From Eledone cirrhosa (lineage: Eukaryota): 64,000 bases of DNA. Position 1 is the first letter of the stretch; every line of letters starts with the position of its first letter. Of the stretch, positions 25,721 to 38,811 are shown piece by piece. The position numbers and the translations under genes were made by a program. The notes beneath the pieces were generated by a model. The model was not told the origin of the DNA and searched no databases. It saw only the letters and a program-made list of their open reading frames with translations. Location: positions 308,264,001 to 308,328,000 of the forward strand of contig OZ024741.1 of the NCBI GenBank assembly GCA_964016885.1. The letters run 5' to 3'.

Positions 25721-26352
25721 ACTCACCCCTGCCTGTTTGTCTCTCCTTATAAACATAGTCGTCGATGACAATATATATTTAGCCACACAATTTAGTCGTT
25801 TACCACACAAAGTAGCCAATTAACTTTCTCACGGTTATTACACTGCACTGACAGAGTAAGAGAGAGAGAATTTGTTTATGTTAATATTCACATAGATTGG
25901 CGCTCTTCTCACTAAGGAGACCTGTTTTCGTGTCTTCTCTATTATTGTCTTCACCCTACACATCCCCACCCACATTCACTTGCCCTCTGTTCTCTGTCCT
26001 CATTCTTCCTGCCGTTCCTTTGGCTCATTCATATTACAAGAGTCAGACAAAGACGTGTTATCGCCAACGCACTCACAGAGAGAGATATAGAGAGAGAGGG
26101 GAGGACAGGGGGTGAGGGGGAGAGAGGGAGAGAGAAAAAGAGAGAAAGAGAGGATAAGAGAGGTGGTAGAGGGAAAGAGGAGGATGGGGAGAGAGAGTGA
26201 GAGAGAGAGAGAGAGATTCACAGAATTACAAACAGAACAAAAAACAGAAAAACGAAGAGGCTGTACAAATGATATTAGTATTAGTTTCACGCTTGAGAGT
26301 GTGGGGTATACATACATACATACATACATACATACATACATACATACATACA

Positions 26353-26516
26353 TGGTGGCTGCCAACTCGTTTTCGAGTACGGCCACTACTTTATATCCAT
26401 GTAGGAGAACCCCTACCGATGCGCTGAACGAGTGTGACTTTTTAGTCCAGCCAGCGACTTGAAAACTCTGGTACAAACACTACATACATACATACATACA
26501 TACATACATACATACA

Positions 26517-26550
<34 letters not shown>

Positions 26551-26560
26551 CATACATACA

Positions 26561-26596
<36 letters not shown>

Positions 26597-26599
26597 TAC

Positions 26600-26631
<32 letters not shown>

Positions 26632-27420
26632 GTGTGTGTGTGTAAAAGCAAAGAATATATATATATTCTTTTCTTTTTGTCAAGAACACCTGCTGCATGA
26701 AAACACACTAGTAAAATAGACGTTACCATATAAGATGTTGTAAACCCAGAAATTTTAAGTATTTAAATTTATACTCTTAGGGAAGAAAATAACCATTATA
26801 TATATAACTATTCCTCGTCAGAAAAAAAAAAATGTTTTTAGATTTTGACGGTCTCCTCATCAAGAGTGTTTTTGACATGTTTTCACTGGTGCTTGTAATG
26901 TAGGCATATGTATATTTTGAATTCCTTTCCACTTCTGTTTTACTTCGCCAACAATTACTGACACATAGTGCTTGGCCCATGGTACCATGTGACGACAAGT
27001 GCAGAGAGATCTCCAGATATAAAGCAATGCCTGTGCTGTGAAGCTTTTATAGTGAGCAAAGGCACTGCACAAAGCCAGTCCCACTCTCTTAACTAAGATG
27101 ATATTTACCAAAAAGAAGAACAAGTCAACATCATTGGATACCATCAGGGTTTCAGGTGTTATATCAGAGTTTTACTTCTCCTAGAATTCTGCCTTGACAA
27201 AGGCTAAGGGGTCATCTCTCCCGGTGATTTTGGATGGCCATTGACTCTTAAGAGCTCCTTTGCCCTTTGACAGGTTTTGTTTTTAGTCCTGCAGGATGTC
27301 CAAAGTCACCCTCCTCACCAAGAAACCTTGGTGGGGTTGCCAGTTTAGTCGCCAACGACCCGACCATGGGACAGGTTGTAGTGGGATACGTTACCAGTAG
27401 CACCAACTGGTGACCTGACA
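26353..27420 (-). mobile_element. Second non-autonomous RTE derivative, split at 26484-26949, flanked by (CATA)n
   Basis: Near identity with 9415-10010. Confidence 0.8.
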
Positions 27421-27483
27421 TAATACATACATACATACATACATACATACATACATACATACATACATACATACATACATACA

Positions 27484-27635
27484 GTGCAGGCATTGCTGTG
27501 TAGTTAAAGAGATCGCTTCGCAACTATGTTATTCAAGACTCAGTCTCGCTCTGTGGCAACTTGGGGCGAGTGCCTTTTCCTATAGCTACATATTGACCAA
27601 TCTCTTGCGAGTAGAATTTTGTATAAACCCATCAT
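27484..27635 (+). mobile_element. Degraded copy of a second tRNA-derived SINE family
   Basis: A-box-like TGCTGTGTAGTTA and GCAACTTGGGGCGAGTG central motif. Confidence 0.5.
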
Positions 27636-28268
27636 ATAGGTCACACATTAACCATCTACTTTCATATAGGTTGCCTTCGCGCAATCTGTGGATACACACT
27701 CGAAGATAAATACTCCAATTTTGACGCAAGCGACCTTGTTGAGGAATACTCGTTAACAGAAGCGACCATTTTTAATTCGTTGGTTTAAATGACTACGCAG
27801 AAAATTTGGTTTGTATGCAAATGATGTGGATTTCATATATAATTATTTGTTGCATGTGGTTTTTAATGTCCTTCTTCGGTCAAAACTGACTATTAGTTTT
27901 TAACAGGAATGTTCCTATCCAAGGCCCAAGATTCGGCAAGATCATGTGTAGAGAACCAGCAGTTACCCATACAAGCCCATCTCCGCTTTCCATACTACTG
28001 TGTTGTCCAAGGGAAAGAGAAAGGCTGATACAACTTGATGATTCATTTTGGTTTAAAACGTCATATAATGTGTCTTACACAGCGACATAACGTACTACCA
28101 GTTCCAAGAAGCGAAATCAAGAGCTTGCGGTTACAAACCGAACACCTTGCAGAACTAAGTTTCAATTTCCTTGTAAAGATAATGACAACTAGAATTACAA
28201 TGAGAAGGAGACTGAAGATGATGGTGATGATGAAACAAACTAGACAGTATTATATACAATTGTTTCTA

Positions 28269-28850
28269 GGGCGGTGGATGGCAGTATCGGTAGAGGGTCG
28301 GACGCCATGCTTTGCAGCATAGAGTTACGCCCCTTTATGATCTGAATTCAAATCCCGCCGAGGTTAACTTTGCCTTTCATCCTTACGGGATCGATAAAAT
28401 AAAGTACCAGTCACGCACTGGGGTCGATTTAATCGACTTTCCCCTCCCCCAAAATTGCTGGCCTTGTGCCTATATAAGAAATCATTATATATAATCGTTT
28501 CTACTTTTGGCACAAGGCCAGCAATTACCCAGTGCATTACTGGTACTTTATTTTATCGACCCCGTAAGGATGAAAGGCAAAGTTAACCTTGGCTGGATGT
28601 GAACTCAGAATGGCAAGGGCCGTAACTCTGTGCGTCAAATCATGGCGTCCAACCCTCTACCGATACTGCCAATCCACCGCCATGAGTTTCTACTTTTGGC
28701 ACAAGGCCAGCGATTACCCCAGTGCACCACTGGTACTTTATTTTATCGACCTCGTAAGGATGAAAGGCAAAGTTAACCTCGGCGGATTTGAACCCAGAAC
28801 GCAAAGGGCCATAACTATGCTGCAAAACATGGTGTCTGACGCTCTACCGA
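28269..28850. mobile_element. Nested SINE cluster (+ 28269-28482; - 28497-28680; - 28686-28850)
   Basis: Three SINE cores; the + copy has a ~20-bp TSD ATTATATA.AAT.GTTTCTA overlapping the tail of the - copy. Confidence 0.88.
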
Positions 28851-29086
28851 CGTCGACGACGGCTACGACACTCACGACAACGGCAACAATGATAATAGTA
28901 ATGATAGTGATAATGAAGATGCCGATGTTAATATTGATTGTTATGACACTAATATCAAGGTCACAAACAACGTTAGCTGTGGTACTTATCATTAAACGAT
29001 TGTTGCAATTGAAAATTACAACAAAACCAATGACATAAAGTAGTTCATGAATTTTGGAATGTATATATACATATATATATATATGA

Positions 29087-29161
<75 letters not shown>

Positions 29162-29164
29162 TGC

Positions 29165-31680
29165 ACCGTCTAGCTCGATTATAATCTTCGGTGGAACCTT
29201 ATGCAATGAAAGCCTATCACTGAGCCTCATGCTGTTTGGTTTTGCCCGTAAAATCTGTCCAGCGATTCTTCCTGAGACATTTTAACCGCATTACTGCACC
29301 AGCTCCTGCAATTCTTGCATTTAATTCAGAATTCTGCCGTCCATCACTAATGAAAACCACCTCGAAATACTTGAACTTCTCCACCTATTTCAGTGGAACT
29401 CCACTCAAATGTAAAGTGTATTGCGCATGCTTCCTTGCGAGGATGAGTGTCTCAGTCGTCGCAGAATTCATTTTCATTCTAGCTATGCAGAACTCGGTAT
29501 CAAACCTGCATGTCAGCTTCTGACGAGTTAATTCATGGTTTCTCATATCGGCACAAGGCCAGCACTTTTGGAGGAGGGGAAAGTCGATTAAATCGACCCC
29601 AGTGCGTGACTGGTACTTTATTTTATCGACTCCGTAAGGATGAAAGGCAAAGTTAACCTCGGCAGGATTTGAACTCAGATTATAAAGGGTCGTAACTCTA
29701 TGCTGCAAAGCATGGTGTCCGACTCTCTACCGATACTACCAATCCACCGCCCTTGACGAGTTAATTAATGCCATGTAGTCTGCAAATTCCAGCCGACTGA
29801 TACTGCACCTGCCTATCATGATACCATTTACAACCCGGATGCGCACATCAATCCTTTTCATGAAGATTATAAACAAGAGAGGTGACAGTACGCAACATTG
29901 GCGGAGTCCGACTCTTACATTGAATGGTTTCAATTTAGCACCATTTATCTGAACACAAATACTAGAGCATTCGTATAGAGACATCAAAGCAACAAGACGT
30001 TGACCATCAATCCCATACTCTAGCAGAACCTTCCATGGCAGGTCACGAGGAACACGGTCGTATATCTTTTCGAGGTCTACTAAGCAAGCATACACCTCTT
30101 GGAAGAACTCCCATGATTTCCCAAAGACCTGCCGTCGTGTCAATATTTGGTCGGCTGTGCTGCATCAGGGATGAAAAGCATACTGTTTATCAATTAAGTT
30201 GGACTCGACAATCTCCCTACATCTCTTTGCCAGACACTTAGCATAGACTTTACCAGAGATGTTTAACAAGGAGATCCATCTTTAATTGGATTAATCTCTC
30301 TCATTTCCCTTGAAAATAGGGATTATCACTACCGATTGATATTGCGTAGGTGCTTTTCCAGAGATCCAGGCCATTCTGCACATGAATCAGCCACAGAATC
30401 TCTTCTCTATTTAAGGCTTTTAATATCACGAGCGAAATCTCATCCACCTAACACTCTTGCAACATTTGAGCTCTTTAATTGCTCCTGCGACCTCAGCCTC
30501 CAAGAGATTAGTAGTCACCCCCAGGTACACCTCGTGTACATCGGAAGATGGAATTTAGGAGATTAACAAAGTATTCTCTCCGCCTTGGAAGGATGCACCT
30601 CTCTGAAGAGAGGAGAACCCCAGACGCATTCCCGATAACAGGTGTGGAGGAGGACATCTTATAAAGAAGTCGGTGGATCGTCAGCCAGAACACTTTATTT
30701 GCTGATCTGAAGTCAGATTCCAGTTTAAATCCAAAGTTATCTCATGTCTTAACTCATGTCGACGCCTTTACTGTCTCGGCTGTGACTAACTATGCGCGCC
30801 TCCTTGTACCGCGAGTAGAAAAAGGACTTATTTCCAAACCAAGCTTTGTAGGCCTCCTTTGAACTGATGGTCTCTTTGACCTCTTGATTGAAATAAGGTG
30901 TCCTCCTGTAACGCGGCACGACACCAAGCCGCTTTCCACCGCAGTATTTAACAGCCGAAGCAATACTGCTGATTTAAACAATCTCTGTTTCCTCGTCCTC
31001 GGTTTGCTCAGGGAGTTCTCTGAATTTGGATGAAATAGTATCCACATACCTGGTCCTAACCTTATTAGTCAATGTGTCCAAATTTGTCCTGTGGGTCGAT
31101 CTGGACCTGTCAGGTTTGTGGGGTTCCTTATCTGTCGGTAATCTCAAGTTGCAGCTCTTCGCTTAACAAGAACATCCAGCAGAATCGAAGAGATCAAAGG
31201 CAATAGAAAATCAATTATTGACTTCTGTCCCCGATTCCCCTTATACTATGTATATTTATGGATGTCTTTTTACTGGCAGAAGGTGTTCATAACAGAGAGT
31301 TCATTGCTAGAACAGAAGTCTCATAAGGCCTCTCCATTCGTATTTAGATCGGGATTACCGTTCTTTCCAGTCACTCCTTTCCATGACAGGTGGTCAGTGC
31401 CCACTTGTGCATTAAGTCACATATTAGGATACTCGGTCGTAACTACATTTAACGCTGCAGTGACTTTATCAAGAAAGGACCTGGTTTTAGACTCTTTGTT
31501 TGGTACATAAACTTGCACCACCAACAGAGACCTATCTTTAAGAGGTAAATCCTCCCTCCCAATGAGATCCAATTGATAATACATTTTAACAGCTGGAGGC
31601 TTGTGAGTAGCCCAGTCCCGCCTGTGCACCTATTTCTGCTGCCACGCCTGAATAGTGGAGTTTCCATTCCCCACCCATAT
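29165..31680 (-). mobile_element. Degenerate RTE LINE (EN and RT remnants)
   Basis: VDLEKIYDRVPR, GLRQCCVLSPLLFIIFM, FADY; upstream VVQVYVPN (APE). Confidence 0.82.
29537..29752 (-). mobile_element. Long-tail SINE variant nested in the RTE
   Basis: TSD TGACGAGTTAATT on both sides. Confidence 0.9.
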
Positions 31681-31965
31681 CTACATGTACATAAGCGTTT
31701 AATATTTTTGCATGCATTATTCAATTTTCAGCAATGAATTTTATTTCAGTAGGAATATCATTCTTTTTTCCTATGTCGCTCACGAGTCACCATGTTTCAG
31801 GTATGTAATCTAGTTTGGATGAGGTTATTGGTTCGTTTAATTCCTTCAATACGTTTTATATATGTGGGGAAAGTTGTATAATTTCGAATTCGCATACATT
31901 CTCGTCTATGTTTGATGGGAGCCTGCGCTTCAAGTTCTGGGTTGTATGCACATAGCTCACTACTT

Positions 31966-32000
<35 letters not shown>

Positions 32001-33074
32001 CACAGGAAAAAAGAGAATCAGTGTTGCAACGAATGGAATTTATTGGACATATTACAATCGTTTCTCTGGCGACCAGCTCGAAGCGCGATCGATGTAATGA
32101 TCGAATCTGATCGAATATACATATATATTTGATGGTGAAGAAATTTGTCGTGCATGTGAGGTGTGAGGAGTTTTTAAAGCTTTTTTACCGTATTCCTTGG
32201 CGCCATCAACTCTATTCATACAGAAAGGATGGGTGTAGTTAGGCTGGTACACATGACATGTGTTAATGGAGAAAGTGGTGCCCATTCTAGTTTCTATTAC
32301 AGTGATTAAAATAGTTATAAAACTGGCAGATCCTCAATAAAATCATTTGACCTAATCAATACCAATCAGTTGGATGCATACCGCCAACACAGTCACAACG
32401 AAAGAAGCACAGAAACAAAGAATACTACTTTCCCGGCTATGTCTTCTTAAATCCAGATACTGATATTGAGAGAAAAAAATAAGATAAAATACTGTTTACC
32501 AAGAAACGTTTTGGACCAAGCCGTCAAAGACCACGACTTTGACGTCAGCAGACTGGTACTGCTGTTATATGTTTACGGATCTGCCGTTATGGTGTTTGAA
32601 TGTTTTAGTGTATTTATCTTCATGCATGATTCTCGCCTTAGACATGCCTTTAGCAGTTTTACTATGTAAACGTCTATTGGTTGCCAGAACAAAGATTCTT
32701 GTGCAGGGAAGTCTTTGTATGTAACGTCGTCTAAGTCGATGGCGGGATAGTTTCTGCGTGAATTGAAATGTATTCCAACGCCTCTATGTAGGTTATTTCG
32801 AATGTAAAGAAAGTATAGTATAGTTGTAAATTTATTAGGTTTAGGCACAATCGGGCAGTTAGTGATTCCTGATTTAGGCACAAGGCCAACAATTTTAGGG
32901 GAGGGGTGGTTAATGAGTAGCATTTCGAGTGGATCTTCTGATGTATGTAGGAAGTTGTTTATGCAAATTCTGTCTGCGGTATATGTATTTGTATATGCAT
33001 GGTGATTCTTGTGTGGGTTTATATGTTTTGTTGGTACTTTTTACTTGCTGAAAGTAGAAATTGCATGCTACTAT

Positions 33075-34300
33075 TTTTATCATCAACACAGTCAGCAGCA
33101 CTCTCACTACCATTACCAACACCTCACCACCACCATCAGAAACACAATCACCATCATCACCACCAACAATTACTACAACCACTACTACAACCATCATAAT
33201 CACAACTACCACCACCACTACAACAAACAGAACTACTCCCACTACGTTCATACACAACTAACAGCGCTCCCACTGTCACGACCACGTCACTCACCACCAC
33301 CACCATCCATCACTACTATTATCACCATCACAACCAGCACCACTTTTACCATCACCATCATGGGTGGTTGTCATCTCCACAGGCAGCCATTTTCCTATCA
33401 GAAAAATGATTGGCAACTCCTACTGAAGATTGATGATGCTGCCCTCTAGCGATGAATGTTCATACACCATTAAGTTTGACCATTATAACCATACCACCGC
33501 CACCAACAACACACCACCACAATCACCAATATACCACAAATAACTCTACCACCAATACCTACACACTATAAGCACCAACCCACCAATACACAACTAGTGC
33601 CAACACACCACCACTACCACCACTACCACCACCACCACTAATACACCACGAACACACCACCGGCATCAGCAATATACAATCAGCATGTCACCAAGACACA
33701 GCCACTGTTACAGACACCAAAACTCCTCACCCCAACAATACACCATTAGCATTCCACCAAGACACAGACACCGCCATTAACAAAACACCAGCACCACATT
33801 ACCAACAGACCAAAACACCATCGCCACCACCAACATCACAACGTCACCACCAACATCACAACGTCACCACCAACATCACAACGTCACCCCGATTAGACAC
33901 ATCTGCATGCTACCAAGATACAATAACTGCCACAAACAACGCGCCACCACCAGTACATCATCAATATTAACATACACCACGAGCACAAGACCTCACCACC
34001 ATACCATCAACACACCATTAACACACTACCAAAACATCACAACGCCACAACTAAGCCATCACCACACCACAACACGCCACTACCACTCCACCATACCACC
34101 AACACACCACCACATCACTAATTTACTCCACAACATCACCGTTACATCCCCTACTCACCACCAACACATAAACACTTCTAACCGACACACTATTAAAAAC
34201 ACCACCAACAAACAACCACCAGACCACCAACACACCACACAAACACAACCATACCATCCTAACGCACCAGCACTGCACACCAGCACTGCACCACCACATT
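33075..34300. repeat. Degenerate ACC-rich low-complexity region, including a 20-bp x3 repeat at 33825-33888
   Basis: Unit CACCACCAACATCACAACGT. Confidence 0.85.
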
Positions 34301-34342
34301 TAAGTTATGATACGCTGACACCTCATTCTCTCACCTAAGATG

Positions 34343-34380
<38 letters not shown>

Positions 34381-34450
34381 CTTTGATAGCGTTGATAGGT
34401 TTCGGCTGTATTTGCCTAGGCCATGTCTAACTTAATATCACCACCTTGCA

Positions 34451-34543
<93 letters not shown>

Positions 34544-34955
34544 AGTAAAATGAGACAAATTCAACGCAGGGATGGCTGCCTAAACAGCAAAATGCCGTCA
34601 ATGACGGCGTCGGGTAAAATATTATCTCAATGGACAGGAATCAACGGCGAGAAGTGTATTGGCCCGCAGAAGTGATAGAAAAAGAGGAGCGAAGGAAGAA
34701 AATGGAGGAAATAAAAATGAACTAGACAAAACCAGACAATCATCATCTGACCTCTTCAGCTTTCATATCGGAATGTAGTTTCGCCCGATTTAAATTTGAG
34801 AGGACCACATATAATTACCGGCTAGTGTAACAGAAAGTAAATATTTCTGGTGGTATGATGTATGCAAGATAAAACAAACAAGTTAGATAGACAGACAGAT
34901 AAACCGATGAGAGAGAATTAGGATGCGTCCGACACTAAATCGCCACTAGAAAGGA

Positions 34956-35053
<98 letters not shown>

Positions 35054-35158
35054 TAGAAGGCTAAACAATGCAAAATGGACTGTAAAATGAGGTAACGAAA
35101 AAGTAAGTTACCTGGTAATCGTTGTTTTGTTTTGCTGTTGTTAATGTTCTTTCTTCTG

Positions 35159-35199
35159 TCCTAGTCTTTCGGGACCTAAAATTCCCTTCTTCAGAGGTT
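35159..35199 (-). ncRNA. Degenerate minimal hammerhead motif
   Basis: CCT-CTGAAGA-A-GGGA..TCCC-GAAA-GACT-AGG; weak stems I and III. Confidence 0.45.
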
Positions 35200-35354
35200 A
35201 AGTAACTTTCAGAGAATAATGTTCTGGTTTCTTCTCTTTGAGATTAAGTTCAGCTTACATTCTAGTTGCCTCATCTTACAGTCCATGTTGCATTGTTTAG
35301 TCTCATATCTCTTTCCACATTACATATCATATACAATGCTTCAAGCAAACTACA

Positions 35355-35389
<35 letters not shown>

Positions 35390-35921
35390 GGGCGGTGGAT
35401 TGGCAGTATCGGTAGAGGGTCAGACACCATGCTTTCCAGCATAGTTACGTCCCTTTACGATCTGTATAAATGAAATATTTCCCCATCTTCCATGCTAGCA
35501 TGGGTTAGACGGTTTTGTTCCATTTGATGCGGGAGAGCTTTTTGTTTTTGTGTTTTTGTGTTTGTATGTTTGTATGTATTTATGTGTGTATACACCCCCT
35601 CCCCCCTTTTTATATGTGTGTGTATTTGTGTGTACATATTTGAGCGTGTATATGTATGTGTATGTATTTATGTTCCTGTTCGTTTTTCTTTGTAGACGCA
35701 AATACGGTTATGTGAGAAAGTAGATGTCTACGTACTATTACGTATATTCGCGTGGTTGAGTGTGTGTATGTTTACGTTATTGGATATTTATTTTTATTTT
35801 TATTTATATATTTATATTTTTTTTTCCTCTATTTCCTTTCTGCCCGTTTCTTCAGCCTCACTTTCATATTTCCTAAATTTTGTTTTCAAATCCATATTTA
35901 ATAAAAACACCATGTTATTTA

Positions 35922-35982
35922 TTCATTCTGACGACTGAAGACAGACATAATATCTGCCTTCAAGAAACCACTGGTAAATGAA
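35922..35982 (+). ncRNA. Type I hammerhead ribozyme motif
   Basis: TTCATT-CTGACGA-(TGAAG..CAGA/TCTG..CTTCA)-GAAAC-CACTG-GTA-AATGAA. Confidence 0.8.
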
Positions 35983-36099
35983 ATAATTATCTTATGTTGT
36001 TTATTACATAACTAAATAAATAAATAAATAAAATATATATATATAAAATAATAAGTTTGAAGAACAGTCAGACAAAATATATCCAATTTTTCTCCTCCA

Positions 36100-36302
36100 T
36101 TAGTCCGTAGAAATTAGCTAGATAAATAATCATTTAAACGGAGCTAAGTTTAAAATGTAACTTTGAAGAAATAACAGATAAATCTCTGTGAGTATGTGAG
36201 TAACAGTTAGATAAAACTTACCTAGTCTTTCCTCTTAGTCCGTAGAAATTAACTAGACAAATAATCAATTAAACGGAGCTAAATCTAAAATGTAAGTTTG
36301 AA
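36100..36302. repeat. Imperfect ~67-bp direct repeat (36100-36167 and 36235-36302)
   Basis: TTAGTCCGTAGAAATTA..AAACGGAGCTAA..TAAAATGTAA occurs twice. Confidence 0.8.
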
Positions 36303-36440
36303 AAAAAAAATGCATATAAACTTTACCAAAGTTCTTCTAGTCCCGACTATCGATAGTTTCGTTCGTACTTTGTGGATATGTCCAATCCTCGTATTATCCG
36401 TGAGGCTTCGAGCTTCTCAAGAGACTCCTTCAGTTAATAT

Positions 36441-36492
<52 letters not shown>

Positions 36493-36525
36493 TGTATATA
36501 TATACACTGTATATATATATATATA

Positions 36526-36578
<53 letters not shown>

Positions 36579-37012
36579 TTAAAAACTACCGGGGTTAAAG
36601 AAAATATATATGTTTTTAGATGTATATATATATATCATACGCACATGCAAATTAACAAAAACCATACACATATCCACGCATAAATACGCACACATATATA
36701 GATGCATATATACATAAGAACAAAAAAGAAACATACATATACACAAGCCTTATAGGCTTGCTTAAGCAAACCTCATTAATCAATGTTTAAAAGACGGAAA
36801 ATATCAACTAATTATAAAGTTCACAAAGTATTAACGTAATCTTTATCCCTCTCATCAAGACGTTTACATATAATACATACAAGTTTATGTGTGTATATAT
36901 ATATGTGTGTTTGTGTGTGTGTGTGGGGGGGGTGATAACTCCTCGGGTTGGCGGCGGGTAGTGTTCCATTCATCAAGGAATTAACTGTTTTCAAAAAGTA
37001 TAAGATAAAAGA

Positions 37013-37080
<68 letters not shown>

Positions 37081-37579
37081 TATATATATATACTGTAATA
37101 TGCTATACAAATGATTTCTACAGTACGTGAACTGTTTCAGACGTGAGAAATCATTAGATGATTTCTTACGAATGAAACATTTCTAGTCCTGTAGAAGTCA
37201 TTTTTGTATATAAAAAATTACAATATCTAAAAATTACTAACTTATTGGGTATCTTTTTTAACTGTGGTCACCCCCCTATACACATCGGGAATTCACCTAT
37301 TATATATATATATACATATATGTCTAGGGCGGATAAAATTCCCGATATATATACTAGCCGAATTACCTGCGCCTTGCTGTGTTTCACATATAAAAAAGTA
37401 GAGGCATTAACTAATAATTTTTTTGTTGTCATAATTCTAGTGATTTATTATTATTACTATATATATATAGTAATAATAATAAATTTGAAGACTAAAATCC
37501 AAAGAGGGATCGATAAGGATAAATATATATCAGATATATAAGAACCGTAGAGCAAATATTTATTAAAATAACAGATTAA

Positions 37580-37630
37580 AGTTTAAGCAAAGAATTGCTG
37601 CTTTCACCTTTAACGGGATCTTCTGAAACT
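37580..37630 (-). ncRNA. Hammerhead-like motif with CAGAAGA core (family B)
   Basis: AGTTT-CAGAAGA-stem II-GAAA-GCA..TGC-TT-AAACT. Confidence 0.5.
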
Positions 37631-37917
37631 AACAAAGTCAATCTGTCAACGCAGAAGTAAATATTTCAAAAAACGTTGCAACCGAAGGCAGACAGGAAGA
37701 CGTTACTTTGGTTCGTGGCAACGTTCCATGGCAAAGAATGGAAAAAAACGAAGATAATACGTCATTATTTGGAGCGGTGAAAACAATTACACGCAAAGGC
37801 AAAATATGTGTAATCATACATACATACTTACACACACATAAACACACACATAAACACACACACACATACACACACACACACACACACACATATGGATGGA
37901 ATGCTTTGAAAACGCAA

Positions 37918-38011
37918 AACATACCTGAGGAACTTGCGAATGCAGAGTGGGGTTCGATCTGTAACAGATGCTGCTTTGAGCTGATGGACGGGGAAACATA
38001 TGTAATATGTT
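37918..38011 (+). ncRNA. Hammerhead motif with long branched stem II
   Basis: AACATAC-CTGAGGA-61 nt-GAAAC-ATAT-GTA-ATATGTT, then AATAAA. Confidence 0.55.
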
Positions 38012-38089
38012 AATAAATTGTGTTTTGATGCATTACTGATTCCTCGTTATCTATATTTTATATATATTTTCGTATTTTAGTGTTTACAT

Positions 38090-38165
<76 letters not shown>

Positions 38166-38384
38166 CATGTGTGTGTGTGCATGTGTCTGTATATATATCT
38201 AATACATATATACATGTGTGTGTGAGTATAATACGTGACTACCTGATTATATGGATGAGACGTTCCATTTTAAAAGTTTGATTTTAATAAGATATCAAAA
38301 GACATAATCCTCAGAAAAGCGTTGTCCTTTCAGTATGGTAAATAAGCCCTGGAGACTTTCTTAATTATAAGTACATCTCTCTCT

Positions 38385-38451
<67 letters not shown>

Positions 38452-38488
38452 ACTTTCTGTCTCACTCTCTCTTATCCCCCCCCTCTCT

Positions 38489-38537
<49 letters not shown>

Positions 38538-38811
38538 GATAGTTAGTTAGCTAGTTAGATAGATAGATAACTTTCTATTTATTTGCCACCAGGGCATCAA
38601 AGATTGGGACAAATCAAGAGGGGGAATTTACATACATTTCAAGGGACATGTAAAAACATATGACAAATCAAATTCAACAATCGAAGTCCTCAGGAGCACA
38701 AAGAGCTGGTGCTCCCTTCCTCTCCTCCTTCCTCTCCTCTCTCACCTACAGGCTGATATAGAGAGAAGGCCCATTCACTCGGGCCATTCTCGCCACTTTC
38801 ACCCACTGCTT

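Noticed and set aside
27330-27420. HDV-like ribozyme at the 5' end of the RTE derivative
   Set aside because: Could not assign P1/P2/P3 pseudoknot pairings; a simple hairpin explains the complementarity
31878-31912. Further hammerhead-like traces (31878-31912 minus, 34395-34430 minus, 16570-16630 minus)
   Set aside because: Cores too degenerate or stem I missing
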